Shown: in pieces, positions 23,551-44,200 of the stretch | Layout of the letters: the number at the start of each line of letters is the position of its first letter | Position numbering within the stretch: the stretch's first letter is position 1 | Made by a program: the position numbers and the translations under genes | The notes under the pieces: generated by a model | Seen by the model: the letters and a program-made list of their open reading frames with translations, nothing else | Told to the model about the DNA's origin: nothing | The model's database searches: none | NCBI GenBank assembly: GCA_028826165.1 | Contig: JAPDFW010000022.1 | Location: forward strand, 628,758-692,757 | From: Anaeramoeba ignava BMAN | Taxonomy: Eukaryota; Protista; Anaeramoebae | Reading direction: 5' to 3' | Length of the DNA stretch: 64,000 bases

Positions 23551-26366
23551 TTAACAAATCACACAACATTTGCATTTCTTTTCTGATATTTCATCTGTTT
23601 CTGTTTCATCATCAAATTTGGGTTTAATTGGATCCAATTCAATTTCATTATCTGGAGAAAAAGTTTGAATTCGATCGAAATTATTGAATTTGTTTGGTTG
23701 ATTTATTGAATTTGGTTTTAAGAAAATTTCTCCAGCCATGTGATTTAAAGAAAGTGAGTTTCTCAGTTTTCCTGATTGTGGATCTTGATTATCGTTTTGA
23801 TTTAATTTAATTTCTGATAAGCGACTAAATTCGCGAGTTAATTTAGGTGAAAAAGATTTGCCAAAACTATTTGTCATTGCTAGATGTGCTGGATTTGAAT
23901 CAAGGGTTAAACTAATTTTTAATTTAAATTTTAATATTAATTTTATAAATGAATTTTAATTTTAAATTTAATTTTAATTTTAATTTTAATTTTAATTTTA
24001 ATTTTAATTTTAATTTTTAATTTTAATTTCAAAATTAATTTACGTTTTAGGTGAATTTAATGTAAGTTGTTCAAAAGACATATCTAATTCTGTAGGTATA
24101 GTTTCATCAAATTTATTAGAAATGTAAATATCTCGTAAAATTTGTCTTAGATATGAATAATTTGGTTCATCTTCAAAACCCAAACCTTTAATTAAATTAA
24201 ATATTGAATTGAATTAAATTGAATATTGAATTAAATTGAATTAAATATTGAATTGAATTAAATATTGAATTAAATTAAATATTGAATTAAATTGAATTGA
24301 ATATTGAATTAAATTGAATTAAATTAAATTAAATATTAAATTGAATATTGAATTAAATATTGAATTAAATTGAATTGAATATTGAATTAAATTGAATTAA
24401 ATTAAATTGAATATTGAATATTGAATATTGAATATTGAATATTGAATTGAATATTGAATTGAATTAAATTGAATTGAATTGAATTAAATTGAATTGAATT
24501 AAATATTGAATTAAATATTGAATTGAAATTGAATTGAATTAAATTGAAAAAATTGAATATTGAATTGAATATTGAATTGAATTGAATATTGAATTGAATA
24601 TTGAATTGAATTAAATATTGAATATTGAATATTAAATTGAATTAAATTGAATATTAAGTGGAATATTGAATTGAATATTAAGTGCATTCCCAATAAGATC
24701 ATACTTCTAACATGTTCAAAAAATTTAAGAAATCCTTCAGGAAGATCTTGACAAAATTTTGGTTCATTATGAATAATTTTTAAAGTTTTTATTTCTTCTT
24801 TATCTTTAAGTTTTTTCCAAGGTAAATCATCAACAAGAAGTTCAACAAGCATATAAAAAAGAGACCAAAGATCATCACATCTTCCCAAATCCTGATTAAA
24901 AAAAAGCGGAATAAATAATAAATAATAATAAATAATAAATAATAAATAAAAAATAAATAATTTAAATTGATTAAATTTTTTTCGGTTTTTTTTAATTATA
25001 ATAAATACACGAGCTTCATGAGAATTAATAGAGGCATATCGAGCTGTTCCTCGAAAACCTACATTTGATCGAGGCTTTAATTTAATTTAATTTAATTTAA
25101 TTTAATTTAATTTTCATTTTGTTAATAATAAATTTTATTTGAAAAAATTTTATTTTAAAAAATATTTAAGACAAACAGGTTTCACACTAAAATCTGCATC
25201 AACATATTTTCTTGCAAGACCAAAGTCTAAAATGCAACAAACTGATTTATTTTCAGATTTTTTTCGACGAAGAACAAAATTTGACTTTTGAAAATTAAAA
25301 ATTATAATTAAAATTAAAATTAAAATTAAATTTGAAATTAAAATTAAAATTAAAATTAAAATTAAAATTAAAATTAAATTTGAAATTATTAAAATTAAAA
25401 TTAAAATTAAATTTAAATTGAAATTAATATTGAAATTAAAATTAAAATTAAAATTAAGATTGAAATTAAAATTAAAATTAATATTAAAATTGAAATTAAA
25501 TTTAAAATTGAAATTAATATTGAAATTAATATTGAAATTTAAAATTAAAATTAAAATTAATATTAAAATTAAAAATAATAAAAATTAAAATTAAAATTAA
25601 TATTAAAATTAATATTAAATTTAAAATTAATATTAAAATGTAATTAAATTCCAATTTAAAAGGTATATTCCCTAAATGTACAGGCTTAATATCTCGATGA
25701 ACAAATCCTATAGAATGTATATCTTCAATAGAACTTATCATTTCAATTCCAAGTTTTAAAACACATTGAAGAGACATTTTAGAATCAGGAAGACTTCGTT
25801 TTAATTGTGAAATATTTTGTCCAAGTAATTCCATAACAAGAAAATTAAAATCTTCATATCGACCACAAGAAATATATTTTGGAGCATAAGGAGAACCTGA
25901 AAATATAACCCCAATCGTAAAATAAAAATCGGAATATTAAATTATTATTGATTATTTTTTTGACGAAAATAAAAATCATTTTTGCCATTTTTATTTTATA
26001 TTATGATTAAGTTATTTTTAAATCATTTTTAAGTTGATCAATTTTCCAAAAAATTTTTTTTAATTTTGTTTTGTTTTTGAGGTTTGAATACCTTGAAGCT
26101 TTTTTAAAACTAATGCTTCAAGTTTTATAGTTTCTCTTTTTTGATCGCATTTCTCCATTTTTATTGCTACATTTTCTTGTAATTCTAAATCTCTTGCAAC
26201 AAAGATTTCGCCTTTTTAATTTTAAATTGATTTTTTAAATTGATTTTTTCTTAAATTAAGAAATGCTTCTATTATTTATATTTATATTATTTTTATTCTT
26301 ACCAAATGCTCCTTGACCAATTTTCTTTTGTATTACCCATCGATTTCTAATTAATTTTCCAAGCAT
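23551..26366 (-). CDS. Tau-tubulin kinase-like Ser/Thr kinase (CK1 group) with C-terminal CaaX; 8 exons
   Basis: Spliced across 7 GT-AG introns: KIGQGAF|GEIF, VAIK, VMELLG, GFVHRDIKP|SNF, ILDFGLAR, GFRGTARYASIN, DLGRCDDLWSLFYML (TTBK-type), LPW. Ends KKCKCCVIC*. Confidence 0.9.
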
Positions 26367-26611
26367 TTTGAGATTATTTTATGATGATTAGTTAAGAACA
26401 AAAAATAAAATTAAAAATAAAGTAAATGTTATTAGAAAAAAAGAAGAAAAAGAAAAAAAACAACAAGAAATTTAAAAGAAGAAAGAAAAAAAAAACAAAA
26501 AAAAACAAAACCAAAAACAAAAGTAAAAGGAAAAAAATAACTTTTGTTGAAGAAAATGATTTTCCATTTTTTAAAAAAAAAAATTTTTTTTTAATTTTTA
26601 AATTAAAATAA

Positions 26612-27300
26612 AAAGCGAAATTAAATCAAAATTAAATCAAAATCAAAATAAAAAAAATCAAAATCAAAATCAAAATTAAAATTAAAATTAAAATCCAAAT
26701 CAAAATTGAAATGAAAATCAAAATCAAAATCAAAATCAAAATCAAAATCAAAATCAAAATCAAAATCAAATCAAAAAATCAAAATCAAAATCAAAATCAA
26801 AATCAAAATCAAAATCAAAATCAAAATCAAAATCAAAATCAAAATCAAAATCAAAATCAAAATCGAAATCAAAAAAAAAATCAAAATTAAATCAAAATCA
26901 AAATCAAAATCAAAATCAAAATCAAAATCAAAATTAAAATCAAAATCAAAATTAAAATAAAATCAAAAAAAATCAAAATAAAATCAAAATCAAAATCAAA
27001 ATCAAATAAAATCAAAATCAAAATCAAAAAAATCAAAATCAAAATCAAAATCAAAATCAAAATCAAAATCAAAATCAAAAAAAATCAAAATCAAAATCAA
27101 AAAAAATCAAAATCAAAATCTGGGAATAAAAAATCAAAAATCAAAATCAAAAAAATAAAATCAAAAAAATCAAAATCAAAATCAAAATCAAAAAAATCAA
27201 AATCAAAATCAAAATAAAAATCAAAATTAAAATTAAAATCAAAATTAAAATCAAAATCCAAAAATAAATAAAATCAAAAAATTTAAAAATCCAAAAAAAA
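26612..27300. repeat. (AAAATC)n microsatellite in the divergent intergenic region
   Basis: Degenerate hexamer array between the kinase and DUF4091 gene starts. Confidence 0.9.
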
Positions 27301-27368
27301 TTAAAAAAAAATTTTTCGTTTTTTTTTTAATTTTATTTTTTTGCTTTTTTATTGAAAAAATTTTTAAA

Positions 27369-32963
<5,595 letters not shown>

Positions 32964-32964
32964 G

Positions 32965-33400
32965 AAATGATTTGAATTTGATTTTCACTTTGATTTTCAC
33001 TTTGATTTGAATTTGATTTGATTTGATTTGAATTGATTTTGAATTTGAATTTGAATTTTGAATTTTGAATTTGATTTGATTTTCACTTTGATTTGATTTG
33101 ATTTGATTTTGAATTTGATTTGATTTGGATTTGAATTTGAATTTGAATTTGATTTGGATTTGAATTTGATTTGATTTGGATTTGAATTTGATTTTGATTT
33201 TGATTTTGGATTTGAATTTGAATTGAATTGATTTGATTTGGATTTGATTTGATTTGGATTTGAATTTGAATTTGGATTTGAATTTGATTTGAATTTTGGA
33301 TTTGAATTTGATTTTGGATTTGAATTTGAATTGAATTTGAATTGAATTTAATTTGATTTGAATTTAATTTGATTTGAATTTAATTTGATTTGAATTTGAC
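32965..33400. repeat. (TTTGA/TTTGAA/TTTGGA)n degenerate microsatellite between convergent genes
   Basis: Directly follows the stop codon at 32963. Confidence 0.85.
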
Positions 33401-33561
33401 TATCAATTAAAATTGAAAAATTTCAAATTTTATTTTGATAATTTTTATTGAATTTTATTTATTTTTCTTTCTTTTGAAAAAAAATCAAAACAAATTCATT
33501 CTTTCTTTCTTAAATTTTTCCTTTAAAAAAAAAAAAAGAATAGATAAAAGAAAAAAAAAGA

Positions 33562-36500
33562 TTATTTTTTAGTTGGAGATTTACTATGTCTTGAATTTGT
33601 TCTTCCTCTTTGAGGAAAAGCTTGAGTTTGTGATCGAGGTCTTACTTGAGGAGGATTAGGTTTTCTAGAAGGACGAATAGGAGGACGATTTGTATTTGAA
33701 TTTGTATTTGAATTTGAATTTGAATTTGAATTAGATCTTTGGTTTTAGAATTAGATCTTGGTTTAGAATTTGGTCTTGAATTTGGTTTTGATCTTGGTTT
33801 TGAATTCGTTTGAATATTTTTGGATCGATGATTTGGTGATTTTCTTTCATCTCCTGAATGTGAATAAGAACGACTTGGAGAAAATGAATATGATCTTGAT
33901 TTTGAATATGATCTTGATTTTGAAATTGATCTTGATCTTGAAATTGATCTTGATCTTGAACGTGATCTTGAAATAGATCTTGAAATAGATCTTGAAATAG
34001 ATCTTGACCTTGATCTTGATCTTGAACTTGATGATGTGAAACTTCGAGAATTTTTTACTTTTCCTTTTGGTTTTCCTTTTGTTTTTCCTTTTACTTTTCC
34101 TTTTGGTTTTCCTTTTGTTTTTCCTGTTGTTTTTCCTTTTGCTTTTCCTTTTGTTTTTCCTTTTGGTTTCCTTTTTGGTTCTCGTACTTTTTTTGCTGCT
34201 AATCCTACTTTTCCTTTTCCCATTGCCGTTCTTTTCTTTGTTTCTTGTGGATATAATTTGTGATATATTTGCTTCATTTGTTCGTCTGTCATTTCTGAAA
34301 GATTCGTCCAATCATTTACATCCATACTTGGTATTGATCCAAGAAGTTCAGTATTTTGTCGTGAGTATTCAATGAAAAATCCTCCTAATGTACTTAAAAA
34401 CTATTTTTTATTATTATTTAAAATTATTATTAAATTTATTATTTAATTTATTATTAAATTTATTATTTAAATTATTATTAAATTTATTATTTAATTTATT
34501 ATTAAATTTATTATTTAATTTATTATTAAATTTATTATTTAATTTATTATTAAATTTATTATTAAATTTATTATTAAATTTATTATTAAATTTATTATTA
34601 AATTTATTATTAAATTTATTATTAAATTTATTATTAAATTTATTATTAAATTATTATTTAATTTATTATTAAATTTATTATTATTATTATTAAAATTATT
34701 ATTAAATTTATTATTAAAATTATTATTAAAATTATTATTAAAATTATTATTAAATTTATTAAAATTATTATTTAAAATTATTATTAAAATTATTATTAAA
34801 ATTATTATTAAAATTATTATTAAATTTATTATTAAATTTATTATTAAAATTATTATTAAAATTATTATTTAAATTATTATTTAAATTATTATTAAATTTA
34901 TTATAAAAATTATTATTAAAATTATTATTTAATTTATTATTAAAATTATTATTTAATTTATTATTAAATTTATTATTAAATTTATTATTAAATTTATTAT
35001 TAAATTTATTATTAAATTTATTATTTAATTATTAAAATTATTATTAAATTATTATTTAATTTATTATTAAAAATTATTATTTAATTTATTATTAAATTTA
35101 TTATTATTATTTAAATTATTATTATTATTTAAATTTATTATTAAAATTATTATTAAAAATTATTATTAAAAATTATTATTAAATTTATTATTAAAATTAT
35201 TATTAAAATTATTATTAAATTTATTATTAAATTTATTATTAAAATTATTATTTAATTTATTATTATAATTTAAATTATTAAATTATTATTAAATTTATTA
35301 TTAAAATTATTATTAAAATTATTATTAAAATTTATTATTAAATTTATTATTAAAATTTATTATTAAATTTATTATTAAATTTATTATTAAAAATTATTAT
35401 TAAATTATTATTATAATTATTATTAAAATTATTATTAAAATTATTATTAAATTTATTATTAAAATTATTATTAAATTTATTATTAAATTTATTATTAAAT
35501 TTATTATTTAATTTATTATTAAAAATTATTATTAAATTTATTATTAAAATTATTATTAAAATTATTATTTAAATTATTATTAAAATTATTATTAAAATTA
35601 TTATTAAATTTATTATTAAAATTATTATTAAAATTATTATTAAATTTATTATTAAAATTATTATTAAAATTATTATTAAATTTATTATTAAATTTATTAT
35701 TAAAATTATTATTTAATTTATTATTAAAATTATTATTAAAATTATTATTAAATTTATTATTAAAATTATTATTAAAAATTATTAATAAAAATTATTATTA
35801 AATTTATTATTAAATTTATTATTAAAATTATTATTAAATTTATTATTAAATTTATTATTAAATTTATTATTAAATTTATTATTAAATTTATTATTAAATT
35901 TATTATTAAATTTTATAAAAATTATTATTAAATTATTATTTAAATTATTATTAAAATTATTATTTAAATTATTATTAAAATTATTATTTAAAATTATTAT
36001 TAAAATTATTATTAAAAATTATTATTAAATTTATTATTAAAATTATTATTAAATTTATTATTAAAATTTATTATTAAATTTATTATTAAATTTATTATTA
36101 AATTTATTATTAAATTTATTATTAAAATTATTATTAAATTTATTATTAAATTATTATTAAATTTATTATTAAATTATTAAATTTATTATTAAATTTATTA
36201 TTAAAATTATTATTAAATTTATTATTAAAATTATTATTAAAATTATTATTAAATTTATTATTAAAATTATTATTAAAAATTATTATTAAATTTATTATTA
36301 AAATTATTATTAAATTTATTATTAAATTTATTATTAAAATTATTATTAAAATTATTATTAAATTTATTATTAAAATTATTATTAAATTTATTATTAAAAT
36401 TATTATTAAAATTATTATTAAAATTATTATTAAATTTATTATTAAAATTATTATTTAAATTATTATTAAATTTATTATTATTATTAAAATTATTATTAAA

Positions 36501-38318
36501 ATTATTATTAAATTTATTATTAAAATTATTATTAAAATTATTATTATAATTATTATTATAATTATTATTAAAATTATTATTTAATTTATTATTAAATTTA
36601 TTATTAAATTTATTATTATTATTAAATTTATTATTAAATTATTATCAGAATTTTTAAATTTCTTGATTTCTTGATTGATCAATTAAATATAAACTAAAAG
36701 CTTTAAATAATTATGATAAAAATGATAAAAATAAGATTCAAAATGCTCACAACTGCAATAGGAACATCAAGACCTTTATCTCTTTGATTTAAAATAGCAT
36801 TCATTGCCATAATACATTCATCATTAATTAATTCATAAGCTTCTTGAGCTTCTTTAAGTTGTTGTTGAGCCTAAAAAATTAAAAGTAATTTAAAGTTGAA
36901 AAACAAATTATAAGTTGAAATTAAAATAAAAAGCGAAGTGAATTTATTAAAATACTCTTGGGAGTTTTATTGGATCTTTTGGTGGATTTTCAGTGAGTTT
37001 ATGAACATCATTTTTTAAAACATCAACATCTGTTAATCTTCTTTCTCGAATTTTAATTTTTTGATCCCATTTAACAAAAACTCCAATAATTAATCCAACT
37101 CTTTCAATTGCTAATGTATTAATTCTTTCTTCCTAATTATTTATTGAATTAATTATTTATTATTGAATTAATTATTTATTGAATTAATTATTTTGTGAAT
37201 TAATTATTTATTGAATTAATTATTTATTATTGAATTTATTATTTATTATTGAATTAATTATTTATTGAATTAATTATTGAATTAATTATTGAATTAATTA
37301 TTTGCTTTACAAATATTTTCATCATATCTCCTTCACATTTGTTTTGACTATTTGCAAATTTCATTGCAGGAAATCTCATTTTTGAATTTGAAGCATCATA
37401 AATTCCCAAGATACTATTTGAAACTTTGGTACTTTCAGTTCTAAAATTTACCATTTAATAATTAATTAATAATTTACCATTTTGAAATTTATTTAATAAT
37501 TTGTTTAAAAATTTATTTATAAATTTATTTATAAATTTATTTTGAAATTTATTTAATAAATTTATTTTGAAATTTGTTTTGAAATTTATTTTGAAATTTA
37601 TTTTGAAATTTATTTTGAAATTTATTTTGAAATTTATTTAATAATTTATTTAATAATTTGTTTATAAATTTGTTTTGAAATTTATTTATAAATTTGTTTA
37701 ATAATTTATTTTGAAATTTATTTAATAATTTATTTTGAAATTTATTTAATAATTTATTTTATAAATTTATTTAATAATTTATTTAATAATTAGTTTAATA
37801 ATTTATTTAATAATTGTTTTGAAATTTATTTAATAATTTATTTAATAATTGGTTTAATAATTTGTTTAATAATTTATTTTGAAATTTATTTTGAAATTTA
37901 TTTATAAATTTATTTTGAAATTTATTTAATAATTGCTTTAATAATTGGTTTAATAATTTTGATACATGTAGGCTTTTAATGTATCTCTTGTTGATATCAT
38001 AAATTTATAAGCATTTTTGCATTCGTCTCCTAGTTTTTTATATTTCTAATAATTTATGTTGTTATTTTTTTTTAAAAATAAAATTCAAATTGAGAAATTT
38101 ATAAAAATTCATTTACTTGATAAATTTCATCGAATCTCGCATCTGCTGATCTTTCTGCTGAACCAAATTTCTCTCGAAGCTAAAAAATTAAAGTGAAAAA
38201 AAAGTGAAAGAAAAAATTTCATTTATTAAAAAATAAAACGTTATTTTATTTATTTCTAAATTTATTTTTTATTTACTTTTTGTTGTCCTCTTTTAAATTT
38301 TGCAAACAAACCATCCAT
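33562..38318 (-). CDS. BAR-domain (amphiphysin/BIN-like) protein with Lys/Gly- and Ser/Arg-rich tail; 7 exons, apparent frameshift near 33740
   Basis: Spliced: MDGLFAKFKRGQQK|LREKFGSAERSADARFDEIYQ|...IKIRERRLTDVDVLKNDVHKL..PKDPIKLPR|AQQQLKEAQEAYELINDE, matching N-BAR patterns. Six GT-AG introns. Confidence 0.8.
34401..36750 (-). repeat. 2.35-kb intron filled with a 12-bp repeat (TTATTAAATTTA / TTATTAAAATTA on +)
   Basis: Donor GTT|GTGAG at 36750 and acceptor ATAG|TTT at 34401, phase 0 on both sides. Confidence 0.85.
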
Positions 38319-38840
38319 TTTAAATTTTTAATAATAAAAATAATAAAAAGAAAAATATTAACAAAAAAAAAATAATAAAAAAGAGAAAAAAAATGAAAAA
38401 ATAAAAGGAGAAAATAAAAGAAAAAAAATAAAAGGAGAAAAAAAGAAAAAAAAAAATTATTCCACTTTTTAAATTAATTAATCAATAAATCAAAATTAAT
38501 TAATCAAAATCAATAAAGAAAAAGAGAAAAAACAAAAGTAAAAAAATGAAAAGATTTGTGAAGAATTTAAAGAGGATCGAAAAAATTGGAAACAAAGCAA
38601 AATAATTGTGATCTAAGAATTTCCAACAAAACAAAAAAAAAGAAATCAACAGAAAAGTGACAAAGCATTTTAATTTTCCATTTTAATTTATTTTTACTTT
38701 AAATAATTTAAAATTACACTTTAGATCATTAATTTAAAACAAAATTAAATCATTTTTCATTTTACTTTCTTGGATTTTGTTTTGGATTTTATTTTTATTT
38801 TTATTATTTTTATTTTTTAATTTGTTCTTGTTATTAAATA

Positions 38841-40851
38841 ATGGCTCAAACAATTCTTGATATTTCCGTTGATCCTCATAAATTTGAATCAGCTATTCAA
38901 GAAGAAACTCAAAAAATTAGAGAAGAATTCCAACAAAAAATTGAAAATCTAAGAGAAATTCACAAATCCGAAATTAAATCAAAAAAGAAGAAAATTGCAC
39001 AACTTGAAAGTAATCAAATCTAAATCAAATCTAAATTCAATTTTAAATTCAATTTTATATCAATTTTAAATCAATTTTAAATCAATTTTAAATCAATTTT
39101 AAATCAAATTTTAAATCAATTTTAAATCAATTTTATATTAATTTTAAATCAATTTTATATCAATTTTAAATCAATTTTATATCAATTTTATATTAATTTT
39201 ATATCAATTTTAAATCAATTTTAAATCAATTTTATATCAAATTTAAATCAATTTTATATCAATTTTAAATCAATTTTAAATCAATTTTAAATCAATTTTA
39301 AATCAATTTTATATCAATTTTAAATCAATTTTAAATCAATTTTATATCAATTTTAAATCAATTTTAAATCAATTTTAAATCAATTTTAAATCAATTTTAA
39401 ATCAATTTTAAATCAATTTTATATTAATTTTAAATCAATTTTAAATCAATTTTAAATCAATTTTATATCAATTTTAAATCAATTTTATATCAATTTTAAA
39501 TCAATTTTAAATCAATTTTAATTCAATTTTATATCAATTTTAAATCAATTTTAAATTAATTTTAAATCAATTTTAAATCAATTTTAAATCAATTTTAAAT
39601 CAATTTTAAATCAATTTTAAATTAATTTTAAATCAATTTTAAATCAATTTTTAAATTTTATATTAATTTTAAATTAATTTTTAAATTAATTTTAAATCAA
39701 TTTTAAATCAATTTTAAATCAATTTTAAATCAATTTTATATTAATTTTAAATCAATTTTAAATCAATTTTAAATCAATTTTATATCAATTTTAAATCAAT
39801 TTTAAATCAATTTTATATCAATTTTAAATTAATTTTAAATCAATTTTAAATTAATTTTAAATCAATTTTAAATCAATTTTAAATCAATTTTAAATCAATT
39901 TTAAATCAATTTTAAATCAATTTTAAATCAATTTTATATCAATTTTAAATCAATTTTATATCAATTTTAAATCAATTTTAAATCAATTTTAAATCAATTT
40001 TATATTAATTTTAAATCAATTTTAAATCAATTTTAAATCAATTTTAAATCAATTTTATATTAATTTTAAATCAATTTTAAATCAATTTTAAATCAATTTT
40101 AAATCAATTTTAAATTAATTTTAAATTAATTTTAAATCAATTTTATATTAATTTTATATCAATTTTAAATCAATTTTAAATCAATTTTAAATCAATTTTA
40201 TATCAATTTTAAATCAATTTTAAATCAATTTTATATTAATTTTAAATCAATTTTAAATCAATTTTAAATCAACTTTAAATCAATTTTAAATTAATTTTAT
40301 ATCAATTTTAAATCAATTTTAAATCAAATTCTCATTTCCTTTTTTTATTAGATCAACTTTCTCGAAGATTAAATGCATTGGAAACTACAAAAGAACAAAG
40401 AGATTCAATGTTAGAAGAAAAAAGACAAATTGTTCAAGTCAATAACCATCTAAAGAAGCAAATTGATCAACTAACTACTGATGTATCTGGATTATTGAAA
40501 AAAAATATGCAAATGAGAAAATTAGTTTCAGATAAAGATACAGAAATCGTATCTTTAAAAGCAACATTGAATACACTTGGACAAAATACTTTGGAAAAAC
40601 CAAATGAGGAACAACAACAACCAGGAAAATTAACAAAATCACAAACTCAATCACCAGATGAATCCAAAAAACCAACTGAAAAACCTACAGGAAAAAAAAA
40701 GAATAGAAGACATAATTCAATGGTTATTGAAAGCACTTCAAATCCTGTCGCTTTTTTTCAAACTGAACCTGCAAAACCAAAACAAAAACCTCAACAATCT
40801 CAAAACAGATTAATGAGATGGTTCAGAAGAAATTCTAATAATCAAAAATAA
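38841..40851 (+). CDS. Hypothetical coiled-coil protein; exons 38841-39009 and 40352-40851
   Basis: Intron 39010-40351 joins ...IAQLE-N-QLSRRLNALETTKE in frame. Heptad-rich sequence. Confidence 0.8.
39010..40351 (+). repeat. 1.34-kb intron filled with the 11-bp repeat (TCAATTTTAAA)n
   Basis: No internal G seen between the GT and AG. Confidence 0.9.
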
Positions 40852-41256
40852 TCTTTATTTTTTTTTTTAAAAGAAAAAAGAAGAAAAAAGTAAAAAGAAA
40901 AAGTGATTGATTTAGTTTCTTTTTTAATCTAATTCAAATTTTATGATCCACTTTTGACTTCTTTTATGTTGAAATTTTATTTTTGTTTCCATTTTTTTTT
41001 TTCTTATCTTTTTGCCAATAAAATTCAGCAAAATTAAATTAAAAAAAAAGTAAAAAAAAAAATTTTTTTTGTTAAATAAAAAAAGTGGAACAAAATTTTT
41101 TTGTTTCTTTTTTAAAGAATAAAAATAAAAAAATATTAAAATAAGCGTATATTTTTTTATTCAAAAAAAAAAATAACGCAACAAAAAAGATGAACAAAAA
41201 AAAAATGTTCGAAAAAAAAAAAAGGGAAAATGAAAAAATAAAAGGAAAAAAAAAAG

Positions 41257-44200
41257 CTATTTCTCAAAAAGTTCACCATAAAACTCAACTCCAGATAAAA
41301 GAAGAAAGTTTCTATGAGAAGAGTTATATGAACTTTGAATCAAACGTATATAACGGAAAGGTTCTTGTTGTTGTGTTGTTATTTCCCAAGTATTTATTGC
41401 AAATTTTCCATTTAAAGAAGAATCATTTCTATGTTGAATTAAAACTTTCCATTGTTGTGTATCATTTGAACCTTGAAGATCCCAAGTTCTCAGTGAATCT
41501 GCTCGATAATTTCCTCCATGTCTTAAAGTATAATTTGTAAGTGTTAATTTTCTGCTAACTCCAAAATCAAATAAAATCCATGATGAAGGAACATCCTTTT
41601 AAAAATTGAAATCGGAAAAATATTTTTAAATTCAAAATGAATTTTAATTTTAAATTCAATTTTAATTTTAATTTTAATTTTAATTTTAATTTTAATTTTA
41701 AAATGAATTTTAATTTTAATTTTAATTTTAATTTTAAATTCAAAATGAATTTTAATTTTAATTTTAATTTTATAAATGAATTTTAATTTTAATTTTAAAT
41801 TCAAAATGAATTTTAATTTTAATATTAATTTTAATTTTGATTTTAATTTTAATTTTAATTTTAATTTTAAATTCAAAATGAATTTTAATTTTGATTTTAA
41901 TTTTAATTTTAAATCCAAAATGAATTTTAATTTTAATTTTAATTTTAATTTTGATTTTAATTTTAATTTTAATTTTAATTTTAAATTTTAATTCAAAATG
42001 AATTTTTAATTTTAATTTTAATTTCAAAATGAATTTTAATTTTAATTTTAAATTCAAAATGAATTTTAATTTTTAAATTCAAAATGAATTTTAATTTTAA
42101 ATTTTCAATTCAAAATGAATTTTAATTTTAATTTCAAAATGAATTTTAATTTTAATTTAAATTTTAATTTTAATTTTAATTTTAATTTAAATTTTAAATT
42201 CAAAATGAATTTTAATTTTGATTTTAATTTTAATTTTAATTTTGAATTTTAATTTTAATTTTAATTTTAAATTTTAATTTTAATTTTAATTTCAAAATGA
42301 ATTTTAATTTTAATTTTAATTTTAATTTTAATTTTAAATTCAAAATGAATTTTAATTTTAATATCTACTTTTGTCCAAAATTCTGTTAGTTTTCTACTTG
42401 TAACTTCAAGTGGATCTCCTTTTTCAATTGATGATGCATAAATTTTAAATTGGGATTGAGAATCTTTTGCAGGATTTGCAAAAGTTTTTTTTTTCCCAAA
42501 AGTCCCAATATAATAAATAATTCCATTTGTATCAAAATCTTTTTGATATTCAAAATGAAATCCACAAGGTGGTCTAGGTTGAAATCTAAATTAAAATTTG
42601 AATTAAATTGAATTAAAAATTGAATTGATTTGAATATTAAATATTGATTTGAATTAAATATTGAATTAAATATTGAATTGAATATTGAATATTGAATATT
42701 GAATATTGAATTGAATATTAAATATTGATTTGAATTAAATATTAAATAATAAATATTAAATTAATTTGAATTAATTTGAATTGATTTGAATTAAATATTA
42801 AATATTGAATTGAATATTAAATATTGAATTGAATTGATTTGAATTAAATATTAAGTTAATTTGAATTAAATATTGAATTGAATATTAAATATTGATTTGA
42901 ATTAAATATTGAATTAAATATTAAATTAATTTGAATATTAAATTAATTTGAATATTGAATTGATTTGAATATTGAATTGATTTGAATTAAATATTAAATA
43001 TTGAATTGATTTGAATTAAATATTGAATATTAAATTGATTTGAATTAAATATTAAATAACAAACCTAATGTTTGATTCATTTTCTTTACTTATTTTCCTT
43101 GGTGATTCTAATTCACGTAACCTCAACATTAATCCCTCAATAAGAAGATCTTTAGGAACAGATAAGTTATTTTTTGCTTGATTTAATTGTTCCAAAGTTA
43201 AAAAAGGAAATCTGATAGTTTGCTAATTAATTTGAAAAAGAAAAAAAAAATAATTATTTTAATTTAAATTAATTTTCTTTTTTTGAAAGAAAAATACCAT
43301 TAAAGAATATATTTGTTCTTGTGATAAATCTTTTTCATGAGATGAAACATATTTGCATATGACTGTATAAACAGAAATTTCCTCTTTAACAGCAAGTTGT
43401 TCATGACTCATAAGCTGTAAAAATAAAGGAAATTCAATCCAAGTAAAATCATTATCTTTTAACAACCAAAAATTTTTTGCAATCAACTATAATAATTTGA
43501 ATAACAATAAAACAATATAATTTTCAGTTATTAAATTGAAAATAAATGAAGTGATTTTTTAGTATTCAATTTTTCAACTTGATTTTTAAATTGTTATATT
43601 TTTTTCTGAATACAAAAATGCATTTGTCAACTATGTCTTGTAAATTATGCTTAGATGCTTGTGCTAATACTTTATTCACTGTTTCTCTTGTTGTGTTTCT
43701 TCTTACATAAGCTGCAGCTTTATTGCGAAGTCTTTCTATTCCGAGTTTATCTGCAAACTCAAGAATTGGTATTCCTGTTTGAACATTTATTTCTATTTTT
43801 CCTGAATAAATAAACTCCAAAATATTTGGGAATATCTATTTAATTATTTTAATTTTTATTTTATTTTTAATTTTAATTTTTAAAAAATAAAAGAAAAAGT
43901 TTCAAACATTTTCATGATCGAGAAGTTCTAATTTAAATTCTGTAATATTTTTGTTTTTTTGAAAGATTTGTTGAAAAAATGTAGATCTTTTTTTAAATGA
44001 AAAATGATTTTAATATTAATTTTAAATTCAAAATGAATTTTAATTTTAATTTTAATTTTAATTTTAATTTTAATTTTAATTTTAATTTCAGTTTTAATTT
44101 TAATTTTAATTTCAGTTTTATTTTGATATTAATTTTTTAATTTTAATTTTAAATTCAAAATGAATTTTTAATTTTTATTTTGATATTAATTTTAATTTTA

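Noticed and set aside
32965-33400. Telomeric repeat
   Set aside because: Heterogeneous TTTGA/TTTGGA units lying internally between two convergent genes, with no uniform telomere-type unit.
41190-41540. 116-aa plus-strand ORF
   Set aside because: Antisense to the last exon of the BTB-BACK-F5/8 gene, which carries the conserved motifs.
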